A DNA stretch of 64,000 bases, from IMG/VR virus record IMGVR_UViG_3300025141_000059, one strand, 5' to 3'. Under the pieces are notes generated by a model that saw only the letters and a program-made list of their open reading frames with translations, was not told the DNA's origin and made no database searches. Positions 17,045-27,800 of this stretch are shown here, piece after piece. A program made the position numbers and the translations under genes. This DNA comes from an uncultured virus (IMG/VR IMGVR_UViG_3300025141_000059) (lineage: Duplodnaviria > Heunggongvirae > Uroviricota > Caudoviricetes). Every line of letters starts with the position of its first letter. The first letter of the stretch is position 1.

Positions 17045-17483
17045 GAACCGTAGTTGGGCCCAAAAGAAAACATACGATGGGATTCAGTTCCAGTCATTGC
17101 TCGAGGTGTACTGCTACAGGAAACTGAAGGAGGCAGGTCTCGTGTTCGATTATGAGATGACCAAATTTGTGCTGATGGAGGGCTTTGTCCCTACAGTACC
17201 GGTGTGGAACTCCTACCGTAAGATATTTAAAATGCGGGCAACGCCCGTACGACCGATCACCTATACCCCGGACTTTGTCGCAAAGGCCGGGAACTGGGTG
17301 ATAGAGACCAAAGGATGGAAATCCGAAGGTTTCAAATTCAGATGGAAGCTGTTCCTCAGATACCTGCGTGTGCGTAACCTCGAGATCGAGTGCTTCATGC
17401 CCAGCAATAAGAAAGAGGTGGACAAGGTTGTCAATTATTTAAAGGAGGAATATGGCGAAGAGAGCAACAGATCCAATGGCTGA
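17001..17483 (+). CDS. PD-(D/E)XK endonuclease (T7 endonuclease I / DUF1064-like)
   Basis: Motifs DGIQFQSLLE, YTPDF and IETKG. Confidence 0.85.
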   Translation: MTGFKNSKKGRKKGKNRSWAQKKTYDGIQFQSLLEVYCYRKLKEAGLVFDYEMTKFVLMEGFVPTVPVWNSYRKIFKMRATPVRPITYTPDFVAKAGNWVIETKGWKSEGFKFRWKLFLRYLRVRNLEIECFMPSNKKEVDKVVNYLKEEYGEESNRSNG

Positions 17484-17868
17484 TTGGCAGCGTAGGTTAA
17501 GACCAGGTGACCTGATAGGCATTGCTCAGAACAATGCAGGTATATTTCCTACGGTGATATTCGGGATATTCGATTGGACAAGCCATAGGAATAATTATGT
17601 AGCTCCTCCACCCCATGCGAATGCCTGGAGTGATGTTCATTGGGACCCCAAGGATACCGGAGTAGGAGATGGGCATTGGATCTGTTCTATAAGACATATT
17701 CCATTGTATACACCGTTCAAGTGGGACTATGGAAGGAAGGATATGACCATTGCAGCGCCTATGGCGTTCGGAGACCATGTGTCCAGAAGGATAATACCTT
17801 ACTCAGAGGACCTCCTCACAGAGTTCGAGACAGAAAGATTACACAAAATACGAAAACGACTATTCTAA
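17452..17868 (+). CDS. Hypothetical protein
   Basis: TAATG coupling to rIIA. Confidence 0.7.
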   Translation: MAKRATDPMADWQRRLRPGDLIGIAQNNAGIFPTVIFGIFDWTSHRNNYVAPPPHANAWSDVHWDPKDTGVGDGHWICSIRHIPLYTPFKWDYGRKDMTIAAPMAFGDHVSRRIIPYSEDLLTEFETERLHKIRKRLF

Positions 17869-20588
17869 TGAGTATAAAGCAGATTGATCAGGCAACGGTC
17901 GAAGATGGAAAAGGAGTTGAGAAGAAGATCGATGAGGGTGCACACCGTCTCATATATGATGTTCTCCAATCAACTCAATATTCAACTCCCATTGCCAGTA
18001 CGGTGAGAGAGCTCACCACGAATGCCTGGGACTCCCAGCGCGAAAAAGAAATTGCCCTCGAGATACTCTCAGGAGAAAAGCGGGTGGAAGATTATTACAT
18101 CAAACGGGATGGCGCTCAATATGAGGCCAGCAACTTTGATAAGGACTACTACAACGTGAGCTCTCTGGACACGGAGATGAACCAGGTTGAATTACGATAC
18201 ACCAAGAACCTTGGAACGGGGTTCTGTGATAAGTTCGAAGTGGTGGACTTCGGAGTAGGGCTGGGCGATAGAAGGCTTGAAGGCATTCTATCCCTCGGGT
18301 TCTCAACGAAGAGGAATACCACTGAAGGCTTTGGTGCCTTTGGACTTGGAGCAAAGGTTGCTTTGAGTACCGGAGTACCGTTCTATGAGGTAGAGACGGT
18401 GCACAATGGAAGACGGTTCAGATGTAACTGTTATCCGTACAAGACCAAGTTCACTGTCCCTAAGTTCAATATAGTGGCAGGGGAGGAGAATCCTTCCATC
18501 ACGTTCTCTGATGGGAATGTGGTCCACTATGAGGAGACGGATGAGAAGAACCACACGGTGGTAGCCTTCGGAGTTAAGAAGCACAACCGTACAGCGTTCC
18601 AGGAAGCAATTGAGGAGCAGTTGATCTACATAGACAATGTCATTCTCACCATGATCGACAATGAGGACGAGTTCTTCGATGACCGCTCAGAGGTGACAAG
18701 GGCTGATATCATCTACAACTCAGAGAGTTTGATCCTGAGTGAAGGAACAGTCTTTAACAAGCCTCACATTGTGATAGTCAAGAGCCCCAAGGATCAGGCC
18801 GGTATCAATTATGGTATGGTCGACTTCAAGGAACTCGAGATGCAGGAGATGTACGGTTCCATCGGGTTCAAATGTCCTATCCGACAGTCCTACAGGGATG
18901 ATAACGGTATAGAACACGTGATCCACGAAGGAGTGAGTGTGACTCCAAGTAGAGAGAAGGTGATCTGGAATGATGATACAAAGGAGTATATCCAGAATGT
19001 GATCAAGCAGGCCACCCTGGAGGCAGCTACCATTGTGGAGGAGGACCTTGCAGAAGAGGACAATTTCTTCGAGTGGGTGAAAAAGGTACGTTCCATCTTC
19101 TCGAGGATGAATAATGACACTGTTCTCGGAAGGATGTCAAACATCATTGATACCAAGGATGTGTCACCGAAGTTCCATCTTCACCCGCAGATCAAGTACG
19201 GTTCTATCAGGAACATGTTCCGTGGTGTCACCATTGAGATTGTAAAAGCGAACTACAGAGGGAAGCCACAGAGAGATGTGGTGAACCAATGGAGTGATGT
19301 CCCGAATCTGGACCACATCTACAATAAGGATGGCAGGTACTCTCCTCACAAGGATGTATACCTGTGCCAGACGATGGGATATGGAAGCTTCCTTACTATG
19401 CAGAGGCATGGGTTAACGAGTGATGAGGAGTCAGAGATCTTCAAGAACTCGCCTGATACGGCCGAGGACCTGATAAAGAAGGAGGAGGACTATCGTGAAC
19501 TCATCTGGGAGCTACTCTCAGGAGAAGACGGGCTTCCATTGTACAGTGAGATAGAGGTTCCGTCAGAGATCAAGAAGAAACTCGAGGAGATGGAGGCTGA
19601 GGAAGAGGCTAAACGCCCCGACCACCTGTCTCCAGCTGATAGAAGAAAGCTTGATCAGAAGGAGGTGGGTTTCGGACTGCGGTATGCCTATGATAAGAGA
19701 CGTAGTTACAGTTACAGTAATGGAGATGAGTGGGTTCTGGACAAGGTCGAACCTAAACGTAAGGAGCTTCTGTTCACTGAACAGGAGGTGTACTACACTG
19801 AAAGCACTCAACGTAGGGAGTTGGTGGATTGCGGATTGATGATAGCGCCTCATAGTCCCAATGTAGGGCAGGCATATGGAGGTTCTGGAAGGCACAGTCG
19901 CCGGGATCCAGCGTTGTTCAGACTATGTATATCTCCACACTACAATCGGCATGCTTCTGATGTCAGGGACTTTCCTACGTTTGACACACCACAGTTGGTG
20001 CAATTGCGTCAGGATCTGATAAAGAAGATTCCGGATGACAGTGGACTTCGTCCTATCAATGAGCTCTACTCACGTAGAACCAAAGAGGATGTGCTTACCA
20101 TGCACCCGGATATCATACATTCGTACACTGCCAGGGTGGTGGGTGACAAGTGGGATGAGTTCTCATATATGAGATACTTTCAGAATGTGGACAATGAGAT
20201 CCACAGGAAGTACATGAAAGTTGTTGAGTATATGGCACCCTTCGACTATTACTACTCTGACATCTTCAATGAGGACCTCAAGAACGTGGTCGTTGACCAT
20301 GCTGATCGACTTTGGGACTTCCAGAAGTTCTGCATGTTCGCAGAGACGGAGGAGGAGATAGCTGAAGAGAGCCGTAGAATGTTCATACTCTCTGATGTCA
20401 AAGGCGCTTATGCTGTTAACATGGAAGTAATGGAACTGGTGGAAGAGCTCCGTGATTACAATACGGGGGTCGGTGGTCTTCTCAATCTTTTGGACAATGA
20501 ATGCTTCAAGAGTTCAGAGGGGGCAGCAGAGGTTCGCAGGTACCTAAAAGCCTGTAGCAGAGACAATTGGAGTTGGTCTGCAGAGTAA
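17868..20588 (+). CDS. rIIA: rIIA-like protein with an N-terminal GHKL ATPase
   Basis: Motifs RELTTNAWDS, DFGVG and STKR..GAFGLGAK; followed by an rIIB-like gene. Confidence 0.85.
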   Translation: MSIKQIDQATVEDGKGVEKKIDEGAHRLIYDVLQSTQYSTPIASTVRELTTNAWDSQREKEIALEILSGEKRVEDYYIKRDGAQYEASNFDKDYYNVSSLDTEMNQVELRYTKNLGTGFCDKFEVVDFGVGLGDRRLEGILSLGFSTKRNTTEGFGAFGLGAKVALSTGVPFYEVETVHNGRRFRCNCYPYKTKFTVPKFNIVAGEENPSITFSDGNVVHYEETDEKNHTVVAFGVKKHNRTAFQEAIEEQLIYIDNVILTMIDNEDEFFDDRSEVTRADIIYNSESLILSEGTVFNKPHIVIVKSPKDQAGINYGMVDFKELEMQEMYGSIGFKCPIRQSYRDDNGIEHVIHEGVSVTPSREKVIWNDDTKEYIQNVIKQATLEAATIVEEDLAEEDNFFEWVKKVRSIFSRMNNDTVLGRMSNIIDTKDVSPKFHLHPQIKYGSIRNMFRGVTIEIVKANYRGKPQRDVVNQWSDVPNLDHIYNKDGRYSPHKDVYLCQTMGYGSFLTMQRHGLTSDEESEIFKNSPDTAEDLIKKEEDYRELIWELLSGEDGLPLYSEIEVPSEIKKKLEEMEAEEEAKRPDHLSPADRRKLDQKEVGFGLRYAYDKRRSYSYSNGDEWVLDKVEPKRKELLFTEQEVYYTESTQRRELVDCGLMIAPHSPNVGQAYGGSGRHSRRDPALFRLCISPHYNRHASDVRDFPTFDTPQLVQLRQDLIKKIPDDSGLRPINELYSRRTKEDVLTMHPDIIHSYTARVVGDKWDEFSYMRYFQNVDNEIHRKYMKVVEYMAPFDYYYSDIFNEDLKNVVVDHADRLWDFQKFCMFAETEEEIAEESRRMFILSDVKGAYAVNMEVMELVEELRDYNTGVGGLLNLLDNECFKSSEGAAEVRRYLKACSRDNWSWSAE

Positions 20589-20595
20589 AAAAGCG

Positions 20596-20603
20596 TATAT
20601 TTG
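20596..20603 (+). promoter_or_regulatory. Bacteroidota-type -7 box (TATATTTG)
   Basis: Intergenic, about 36 nt upstream of the rIIB start. Confidence 0.55.
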
Positions 20604-20639
20604 AAACAATAGATAACTAATCCTTAAATCAATTTAATC

Positions 20640-21806
20640 ATGATAACATATTCTGTTATTGACGACAAGATCTCCGGCTCGATCGGAGACACACATTTCT
20701 CAATCGAAAACGACAAAGGTACCCTGAACAAGCTTCAGGGGATCGAGGCGAAGCTCGAAGAGACCATAGTTGTGGAAGAGTACAATGCCCTACTTGACGA
20801 GGCACGCGAGGTTGTAAAGAAGGACCTTGGCACGGTCATCGAGACCGAGTGTGAGTACATCAAGGTGAACAGGAAGACCGGGGAGTTCCATCTCCTGTAC
20901 AATAAGGTGCTTTCAAATGTCCCCATGCCCAAGGCATTGGTGGATCGGATCCTTGAGTCTCAGGACAAAGGGGTTGACTTCCTACCATTGGTGAAGATGT
21001 GGGTGAGGTTCTTGAGAAACCCGAATTTGAACAAGCCTGGAAAAGGTACGAGGTTCGCTAAGAAGTTCTTCAACTTCGTGAATCTGAAGTACATGCATCC
21101 GAAGATGAAAGCAGAATTCATTGAAGATGGGTTCTCTGAAAAGGTCGCTGAAGAGCGTGCTACCATTTACCAGATGCGTATCACCAAGGAAGGGCTATTG
21201 AACGGGTACAAGGTATCAGCTGAGCATACTGTGAAGTATGAAGCAGATGCTGACGGAACGCCTATTCAGAAGCCGCGGTACCTACAGCAGTTCGATGCTG
21301 ACACAGGTGAGATCACAGGTGACGGGCTGCCGGAGACAGTGGAAGACCGGATCTTTATTCCTGCAGTTATGGGTATGACAGGAGATCCTTTCACATGTAC
21401 ACCGGCACAGAAGAAGGCCGGGCACTTCATCCGAGTCGGAAACACGCATGCGTTGGACAGCTGGGATCAGGTGAACTGCAATGATGACCAGAGTTGTGTG
21501 CCAGGACTTCACTTCGGTGGCCTGTACTACATCAACAGCTACAGGGGACATATTCACAATGTATTCGTTGATCCTATGAACGTAGGGGCTGTACCTGATG
21601 ATGAGACGGGAGCTATCCGTTGCAAAGAGTACTTTGTACACAGTTCATTGGCGGGCATCAACGGTTCCATCTACCATAGTTCAACGTACGCGAAAGCTAC
21701 AGATGCGCAATGGGCTGTGATGTTGCAGGAAGCTGTGACCGCTCGATTTGAGAAATTTAAGGCCGAAGCTGAAGCTGAAGCTGAACAGCAAGAGGCATTA
21801 ACGTAA
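20640..21806 (+). CDS. rIIB: rIIB-like protein
   Basis: Motifs FLRNP, GYK, C..GLHFG...Y, VDP.NVGAVP.D and IRCKEY. Confidence 0.85.
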   Translation: MITYSVIDDKISGSIGDTHFSIENDKGTLNKLQGIEAKLEETIVVEEYNALLDEAREVVKKDLGTVIETECEYIKVNRKTGEFHLLYNKVLSNVPMPKALVDRILESQDKGVDFLPLVKMWVRFLRNPNLNKPGKGTRFAKKFFNFVNLKYMHPKMKAEFIEDGFSEKVAEERATIYQMRITKEGLLNGYKVSAEHTVKYEADADGTPIQKPRYLQQFDADTGEITGDGLPETVEDRIFIPAVMGMTGDPFTCTPAQKKAGHFIRVGNTHALDSWDQVNCNDDQSCVPGLHFGGLYYINSYRGHIHNVFVDPMNVGAVPDDETGAIRCKEYFVHSSLAGINGSIYHSSTYAKATDAQWAVMLQEAVTARFEKFKAEAEAEAEQQEALT

Positions 21807-21868
21807 AACGTATCTGGTTGTGAGAGGTATTGAGAGATCGATACTTCGGCGACCTCCACGGAATGCGT

Positions 21869-21906
21869 GGGGAGGGGATTTCCTAACTGATCCTCTCCCC
21901 ATTTTT
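21869..21906 (+). terminator. Rho-independent terminator
   Basis: GGGGAGGGGAT / ATCCTCTCCCC followed by ATTTTT. Confidence 0.7.
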
Positions 21907-21930
21907 ATTAACCAATTAAATATCAGTAGT

Positions 21931-22743
21931 ATGGTAGAAGCTATAAGTTCGGGGCTCCTGGAAAAGGAGATGTTCCCCAAGACAAGCTCTACTATAGCGT
22001 TAATTGACGCAGACAGTCTTCTGTACTACTGTATGGGGGAGTCGACATTCGAAGAGGCCAAGTTGAAACTTGATCTACGGATGTCAGATATCCTTACGGA
22101 ATGCGATACGAGTCTGTATGCTGCATTCCTTACCCCTTATAAGCACTTCAGACGGGAAGTGGCCTATACTCGGCCATATAAGGGAAACAGAAAAGGAAAA
22201 CTGGCGCCACCTGCGCTGTACGGGCTGAAGGCCTATGCAGAACAAGAGTGGAACTTTCGCTATGTAGAGGGGCTGGAAGCAGATGATGTCGTTGCTTTGT
22301 ATAATAGAAGCGACACGATCATATGCAGTCCAGATAAGGATGTGCTGAAACAGATCCCAGGTAGACATTACAATTACGGAGGAAAGGAGAATGAACGATG
22401 GGTCGATACGACCATTGAAGAGGCTTTCTATTTTCTTTGGATTCAGACAATGTCCGGTGACAGCACAGATGGAATACCAGGGATAGCAGGTATAGGTCCT
22501 AAGAAGGCAGAAAAGGCTCTCTTGAACATCAAGAAAGGGCACTGGCCTTTACAAACCCTAAAAATGTACCTGGAATCAGAAGAAGACGTGAAAAAGGCAG
22601 TGGACAAGTTCAAAGAGACATTGGATCTCGTCTACATCAACCGAACAGCTCACGATCGTGATCGTTTAAAGTATTTTCACGATATTCAGGTTCCAAGCAT
22701 GGAAGAGTTTGATGTGCTAGACCTATTTGAAGATGAAACGTAG
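21931..22743 (+). CDS. 5'-3' exonuclease (T5/T7 gp6/FEN-like)
   Basis: Motifs IDADS, YKGNR, LEADD, DKD and GDSTDGIPGIAGIGPKKA. Confidence 0.92.
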   Translation: MVEAISSGLLEKEMFPKTSSTIALIDADSLLYYCMGESTFEEAKLKLDLRMSDILTECDTSLYAAFLTPYKHFRREVAYTRPYKGNRKGKLAPPALYGLKAYAEQEWNFRYVEGLEADDVVALYNRSDTIICSPDKDVLKQIPGRHYNYGGKENERWVDTTIEEAFYFLWIQTMSGDSTDGIPGIAGIGPKKAEKALLNIKKGHWPLQTLKMYLESEEDVKKAVDKFKETLDLVYINRTAHDRDRLKYFHDIQVPSMEEFDVLDLFEDET

Positions 22744-23497
22744 TGCAGTAATATCAATAAAGGATCCACTCACAGTGAGTGTGACCAACACCTTCGAAGT
22801 GACATGTGAGAAAGATGAGCAGGGCAACATTGAAGTTGTACATGTTCCTGATTTTCCACCGCTTGTGAAAGGAAAGAAGTTGGTGATAGGGCATCGAAAG
22901 ATCCCTTACTGCATCAATCATATCAATGTACGGACAGTGAACGGTCTGGATGTGTACGATCTGTGCATAGCCAAAAGAACCAAAGCCTCACTGTTCATCC
23001 TTCCTATGTTCAAAGGAACTAAGAAGAAGTATTTCTACGATGATCAATTGCTCAACTGCTTCCTGGGAGTACCGGGACAGGAAAGGGTGATAGCATTATT
23101 GTACCGGTTCTCAGGTGTCAGATCATTTATGGAACTTGAGAAGGCTTTTGAGGGCATGCCGAACTTTCTATACAGCCAGGACCCTGACAGGTTCTCTGTA
23201 TTGTATGTGTTCGAAGTGCCTGAAAAGCATATGAGGAACTATGAATTGTTCCTGAAAGGAAAGTACTCGCAGATGAGTACAGCTTATAAACACAGGATCC
23301 TACAGTTCCATGGTCTCATGAGGACCAGTTCAATAGGTCAGATCCTCTACAGAAGCAAGAAGCGCAAGCTTCAGCTGGAAGAGAAGATCGTGGACCCTGC
23401 AAAGTACAGCAAGGAGAAACTTGCTGATGACGCAGAGGTGTACAGTGTCCCCAATATTGTTACGGAGACATATGACCCGGAAGTGTATGACCTATGA
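22733..23497 (+). CDS. Hypothetical protein (crAss-like replication-region gene)
   Basis: 254-aa ORF overlapping the exonuclease stop. Confidence 0.8.
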   Translation: MKRSAVISIKDPLTVSVTNTFEVTCEKDEQGNIEVVHVPDFPPLVKGKKLVIGHRKIPYCINHINVRTVNGLDVYDLCIAKRTKASLFILPMFKGTKKKYFYDDQLLNCFLGVPGQERVIALLYRFSGVRSFMELEKAFEGMPNFLYSQDPDRFSVLYVFEVPEKHMRNYELFLKGKYSQMSTAYKHRILQFHGLMRTSSIGQILYRSKKRKLQLEEKIVDPAKYSKEKLADDAEVYSVPNIVTETYDPEVYDL

Positions 23498-23509
23498 TGA
23501 GCCCAACCG

Positions 23510-23569
23510 GGCGTCGTTCGCCAAAGATCTTTCCTCCATTTGAGGTCGGAGGGGGACGGCGCCTTTTTA
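23510..23569 (+). terminator. Terminator-like branched hairpin
   Basis: GGCGTCGTTC / GGACGGCGCC followed by TTTTT. Confidence 0.5.
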
Positions 23570-23578
23570 TATAACGCT

Positions 23579-23818
23579 ATGATGATAAATGTAAAAGACG
23601 ATCGTGGTACAGAATTCACTGTGATAGGAGAGTGGGACGGGCAGAGGTTTTACATCGATGGGCTCAAGCGGAGCAACTTCGATATCAGTTACCTCCTTGA
23701 CCTGTTCCCTGCCAAATCAGATGAACTCTCGGACCTTGCATGCAAAGCGTGTGCTGAGAAGGAAATGTACCACGCAATCCTCATGAGGGACATTATGAAA
23801 GAAGACCCGGACTATTAG
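23579..23818 (+). CDS. Hypothetical protein
   Basis: ATG follows the terminator. Confidence 0.65.
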   Translation: MMINVKDDRGTEFTVIGEWDGQRFYIDGLKRSNFDISYLLDLFPAKSDELSDLACKACAEKEMYHAILMRDIMKEDPDY

Positions 23819-23943
23819 CCTGGGTCTTCCTCATAACATCCTAAAAATCAATCGGGGCCGGCAAGCCTCTTATTAATCACCATAAAGATATGAAAAATGT
23901 GTGTCCAATGGAACAAAAGAAGAACTCTTAGTCTTACAGAGGC

Positions 23944-24165
23944 ATGGAAGTAAAAATTGAAAATGCAACAATCGATGTGGACTATACCATTGACTCTGGT
24001 GAGCCTATGCAGTATCATGATGGAAACGGTCTCGGCCGTCCTGGGGTTCCTGCTTCGGTCGGTATCACGAAAGTGAGCTATGACGGCAATGACGTTACAT
24101 CGCTGATGTTCGCTTTAGGATGGAAGAGTTTCATTCAAGACTACTTAGAAGATAAATTATTATGA
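23944..24165 (+). CDS. Hypothetical protein
   Basis: ORF on the coding strand. Confidence 0.7.
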   Translation: MEVKIENATIDVDYTIDSGEPMQYHDGNGLGRPGVPASVGITKVSYDGNDVTSLMFALGWKSFIQDYLEDKLL

Positions 24166-24186
24166 ACCCTGTTAAAACCAACTACA

Positions 24187-24429
24187 ATGGATAGTGAGTT
24201 AACGAATATGAAAGGTACCTTGGCCGACTCCCTGAGAAGGGGAAACAAGGCAATCAGGACTGAGAGAGCCCTGGCAATTGCTGAGAACACCGAGACGGTG
24301 CACATGTGGATAAGGACATCTAAGGGGATCAGATGGGTTGAGGTTGAGCAGGACAGACAGACCAGGTCCTTTCGACCCAGAAGTGATCAATGTCGAGTTC
24401 AGGAGTGTATTCTTATCCTACGGCCCTAA
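24187..24429 (+). CDS. Hypothetical protein, possibly truncated or chimeric
   Basis: A-rich leader and a helical N-terminal half. Confidence 0.5.
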   Translation: MDSELTNMKGTLADSLRRGNKAIRTERALAIAENTETVHMWIRTSKGIRWVEVEQDRQTRSFRPRSDQCRVQECILILRP

Positions 24430-24488
24430 GGCTGAGGATGTAATTAATCTTTATTCACACGAAACAAACAATCCTAATACCAAAGGCC

Positions 24489-24809
24489 ATGAGTCAGAAA
24501 GAGAAAATTGAAGCGTTGTTAACTGAACAGGTAAAAGCCTGCATTGCAACGATCACAGGAAACAGTAACCCAGCGAGAGGTTACAGAAGAAAAGTTCGAG
24601 CTGCCGAGTTGGTGGCCATCCCCTCATCGTTGACAGCTCCTCCGATATCCCCGAAACCTATCGAGATCGAGAGAGAAGTGATCAAAGAGGTTCCAGGACC
24701 TGAAGTAACAAAAAAGGTGGTTGTAAAGGAAACGAACCTCACTGTTCTTGTAGCAGCTGTAATCATTTCACTTTGCGTTGGAGCGGGTGCTGGTGCTGCA
24801 TTCTTCTAA
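24489..24809 (+). CDS. Protein with a C-terminal TM helix
   Basis: EREVIKEVPGPEV stretch followed by a hydrophobic helix; last + strand gene of the block. Confidence 0.7.
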   Translation: MSQKEKIEALLTEQVKACIATITGNSNPARGYRRKVRAAELVAIPSSLTAPPISPKPIEIEREVIKEVPGPEVTKKVVVKETNLTVLVAAVIISLCVGAGAGAAFF

Positions 24810-27800
24810 TTGACCCGCACCTGTTTGTCCTGGGGATGCATCTCTATGATCTTTCGTAGCTGATTCCACCCCGGGACAAACATCAAGGTGTAGTAGAACA
24901 GCGGTGTCTTGTCCCGAGCATCCTTATCCAGTATTCCGAACAGACGTGCCGTCTCCTGTGCTGTATTTCCAAGTAGACGTGTTACGTCTCCGAGCAATCC
25001 GAGCATAGGTATCATCGACTTGTTGAACTTCAACATCTCCACTGGGTTCATGTAGAACGTGGTCTCAAGAATGATCTTGGCCATGATGTCCATTAGACGT
25101 CTTGAGGCCCAAGCCTTCTTGTAGAATTCCTCATCATCAGGACCAGAGGCTGCACCCATTACCATTGACGCAAGCAGCAGTATCAGCACTGTGCGGACCT
25201 CCGCAAAGGTCCTTGCAACAGAAGCCTCTCTCATAGCGAAGAAGTCCTCTTCGTCCATGGTCTCAAAATACGGGTCAGTCTGATTCTTCTTGAACAGCTT
25301 CATCTCCGCACGCAGAACCTCCCTGTCCTTCAGGTACTTCTCTTCCTCCGGGTCAGACCAGTTATTCTTTTCTTTCAAGCGCTGTCTTTCAGCCTTAGTC
25401 ACCCTGTACCTTCTTATTCTTGCAAATTCCAACATGGAATTCTTCAGCAGATTGAACGATCTCAATGCCAATGTGTGCAGAGCCTTCTCTTCTTGAATGA
25501 GATCCCCACCAACAGCCATTGCTTTTCCAGCACCGATGAACCTACCTTCTTTGAGTTCGTCCAGTATACTATGATACTTTATCCCGCCAAATCGAGCGGT
25601 CAGTGTACCAGGCATCCACCATTTGAATTTACCTATCAGTTGTGCACCCAAATTCATGTGCATCGCTATTACATTCTCCTCTCCCTGATCACCCTTGACC
25701 TCTTTTGCCATAAATTGGATACGTTTCCGTAGATCCAATCTCACATTCGCAGGCAACTCCTTCCCTACCTTTCCATCCTTCACCTTTAAAAGCTCCAAAA
25801 TGTTCTTGCTGTCCTTTGGCAGTTGAGCCAGTCTTTTCAGATTTCCTTTTTCGTCAATACCGTGATTGAGCATCATCGCTATACCAATTCTACGGTCAAT
25901 GGAACGGTCAGTAAGTGTCAACGGCTCAAACAATATTGAACTATCCAACCATTGATCAGCCTTATTTGCTCTTAGCCTACGTTCGTAATGTAATTCCTCT
26001 CCTTCCTGGTGAAGGTTGAAGTACCGGGCTGCAGACATGTAGTTCCTGTAGTCAGTGGACCACATCTTCATTGCTTGAGTCAGGTTCTCAGAACTATACT
26101 GTACTCCTTTGATGGACTCAATCCTCATGAAAATACTTGCCGCAGCTTGAGTGCCCAATGCGATCCTGATAGGCGCAGCTATTTTAAGCACGCCGTATGC
26201 CGTATTCAATGCCTTTGCCACTTTGGTAGCAGTCACTTGTTTTGAACCTATCTTGAACAGATTGATGTCTCCGTGAGACATCGTGTGTCCGTACAGATAG
26301 TAATTCACATACTTGTCAAGAAGAGCAACAGTTTCTTTGGTCGTATCATCTGGCTTAAGGGCTCCACCACGTTTTCTTCCGAGAATATTTCTCTCCCCTA
26401 CAAGCTCTTCCCCTTCGGCAAGCATGTTTCTAAGCAAGAGAACCTCAGATTCTATGTTTGACTTCTCTACGTTATTATAGACAGCCTGTCCGAACTTGTA
26501 CATGATACGTGTCATATCCTTTGATACTATACGAGTGTCGAAGTCGCCATTCTTATTCCGGGCAGTGTTGATCCCAGGCAAAGGAACCTTCTTCGGCGGA
26601 GTTCCTACAGAGTGATCGTCGTCTTCCACCTGAATGACCCACGGTCTCAGCATTACGTCCTCAAGTAGAGACCACGAAGCCTTTCTCTCGAGCATGCCTG
26701 CTCTCACAGAAGGTATCATGTCAAACGATATGTCGTGATTATCCAATATCTCGTCAAAGTCACGCAGTTGTTCCTTCCACGCATTGAAATATTCAAGTAC
26801 CTCTTTGTTCTCCGGTCTCAATATCGTAGCATATTCCTTGCTCCAAAGACCTTCAGATGTTGCAGCACTCGGCTTTACCTCGAGATTGACTCCCCAGCTT
26901 CTTGTTACCCAGGCACTATCTCTGTTCCAGACGTCGTAATTACTCTTATACCAGTCCAAACCATTCTTATATCCGTCATTCTTTGTGCTGCCGTACTCCT
27001 TCAAGAGCTCAGCTTTCTTCTTCTTCAGTCTTTCCAGATATTTCTCTTTAGCTCCTTCTCTATACTGAAACCGTTCTTTCATCCACTTTACGTGTGAAGA
27101 TAGCTTCGTGCCGCTTTTTGTTGTGAGAGCCTCCTCTATTCTCCTATCTCTTTCTTCTCTGAACTTCTCATTGAAGATCGTGATCAGCTTGAATCGTTGA
27201 TCAGGAGTAGTACGTATCAGCATGTCAAAAGCAACGGACTTCTTATTCTTTGTCCTTTTGGCCCAGGATTCAAGATCATCGTCAAGCTTAAGCCATTTCA
27301 CCCTCAATTCCTCTGCCTGTCTTTTCGCTCTATCAGTAGCAAGCATTACTCGGTGATAGATCTCTTTGAAGTACTGGTTGTCAACCTCCGCCATGGGAAC
27401 GAACTCATCCATTATTCCGGTTGTCATTGACACCACTTCCAAAGGAAATTCAGCTGCGTCCGTCAACCTTTTCTCAGACTTGGTCCGTACCATCTTCATT
27501 GCTGATGAAGCATTATCAGAAGCCTTCTTAAGGTTGGCAATTCTTTCTGTCTGTTCGTCTTCTGGAAGAGACTCTATGTAGGAAAGGGTTGCGTCGTGAA
27601 CCATTCCGTACATGCCAAGTACGTCGATCGAATGACGAAGTTCGTCCCATCCCATGTATCCTTCAGCATTGGGATCATCTATCTCAATACGTGTTTCGAT
27701 CTGCTCTATCATCTCGTCTATGTCAGATAGAAGCCTTTTGAAGTTTGCTTTTGTAAGAATGTCCTGAATGGATCTTTTCAAAGTGTTTCCCTCTCTACGT

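Noticed and set aside
17640..17867. N-terminal extension of rIIA, and similar extensions at 11731, 13426, 21820 and 43317
   Set aside because: These overlap neighbouring genes or terminators. Downstream ATGs have proper leaders or stop-start coupling.
23490..23563. Possible HDV-like/theta ribozyme around TTCCTCC
   Set aside because: The P1/P2/P3 order cannot be satisfied; it is better explained as a terminator-like hairpin.
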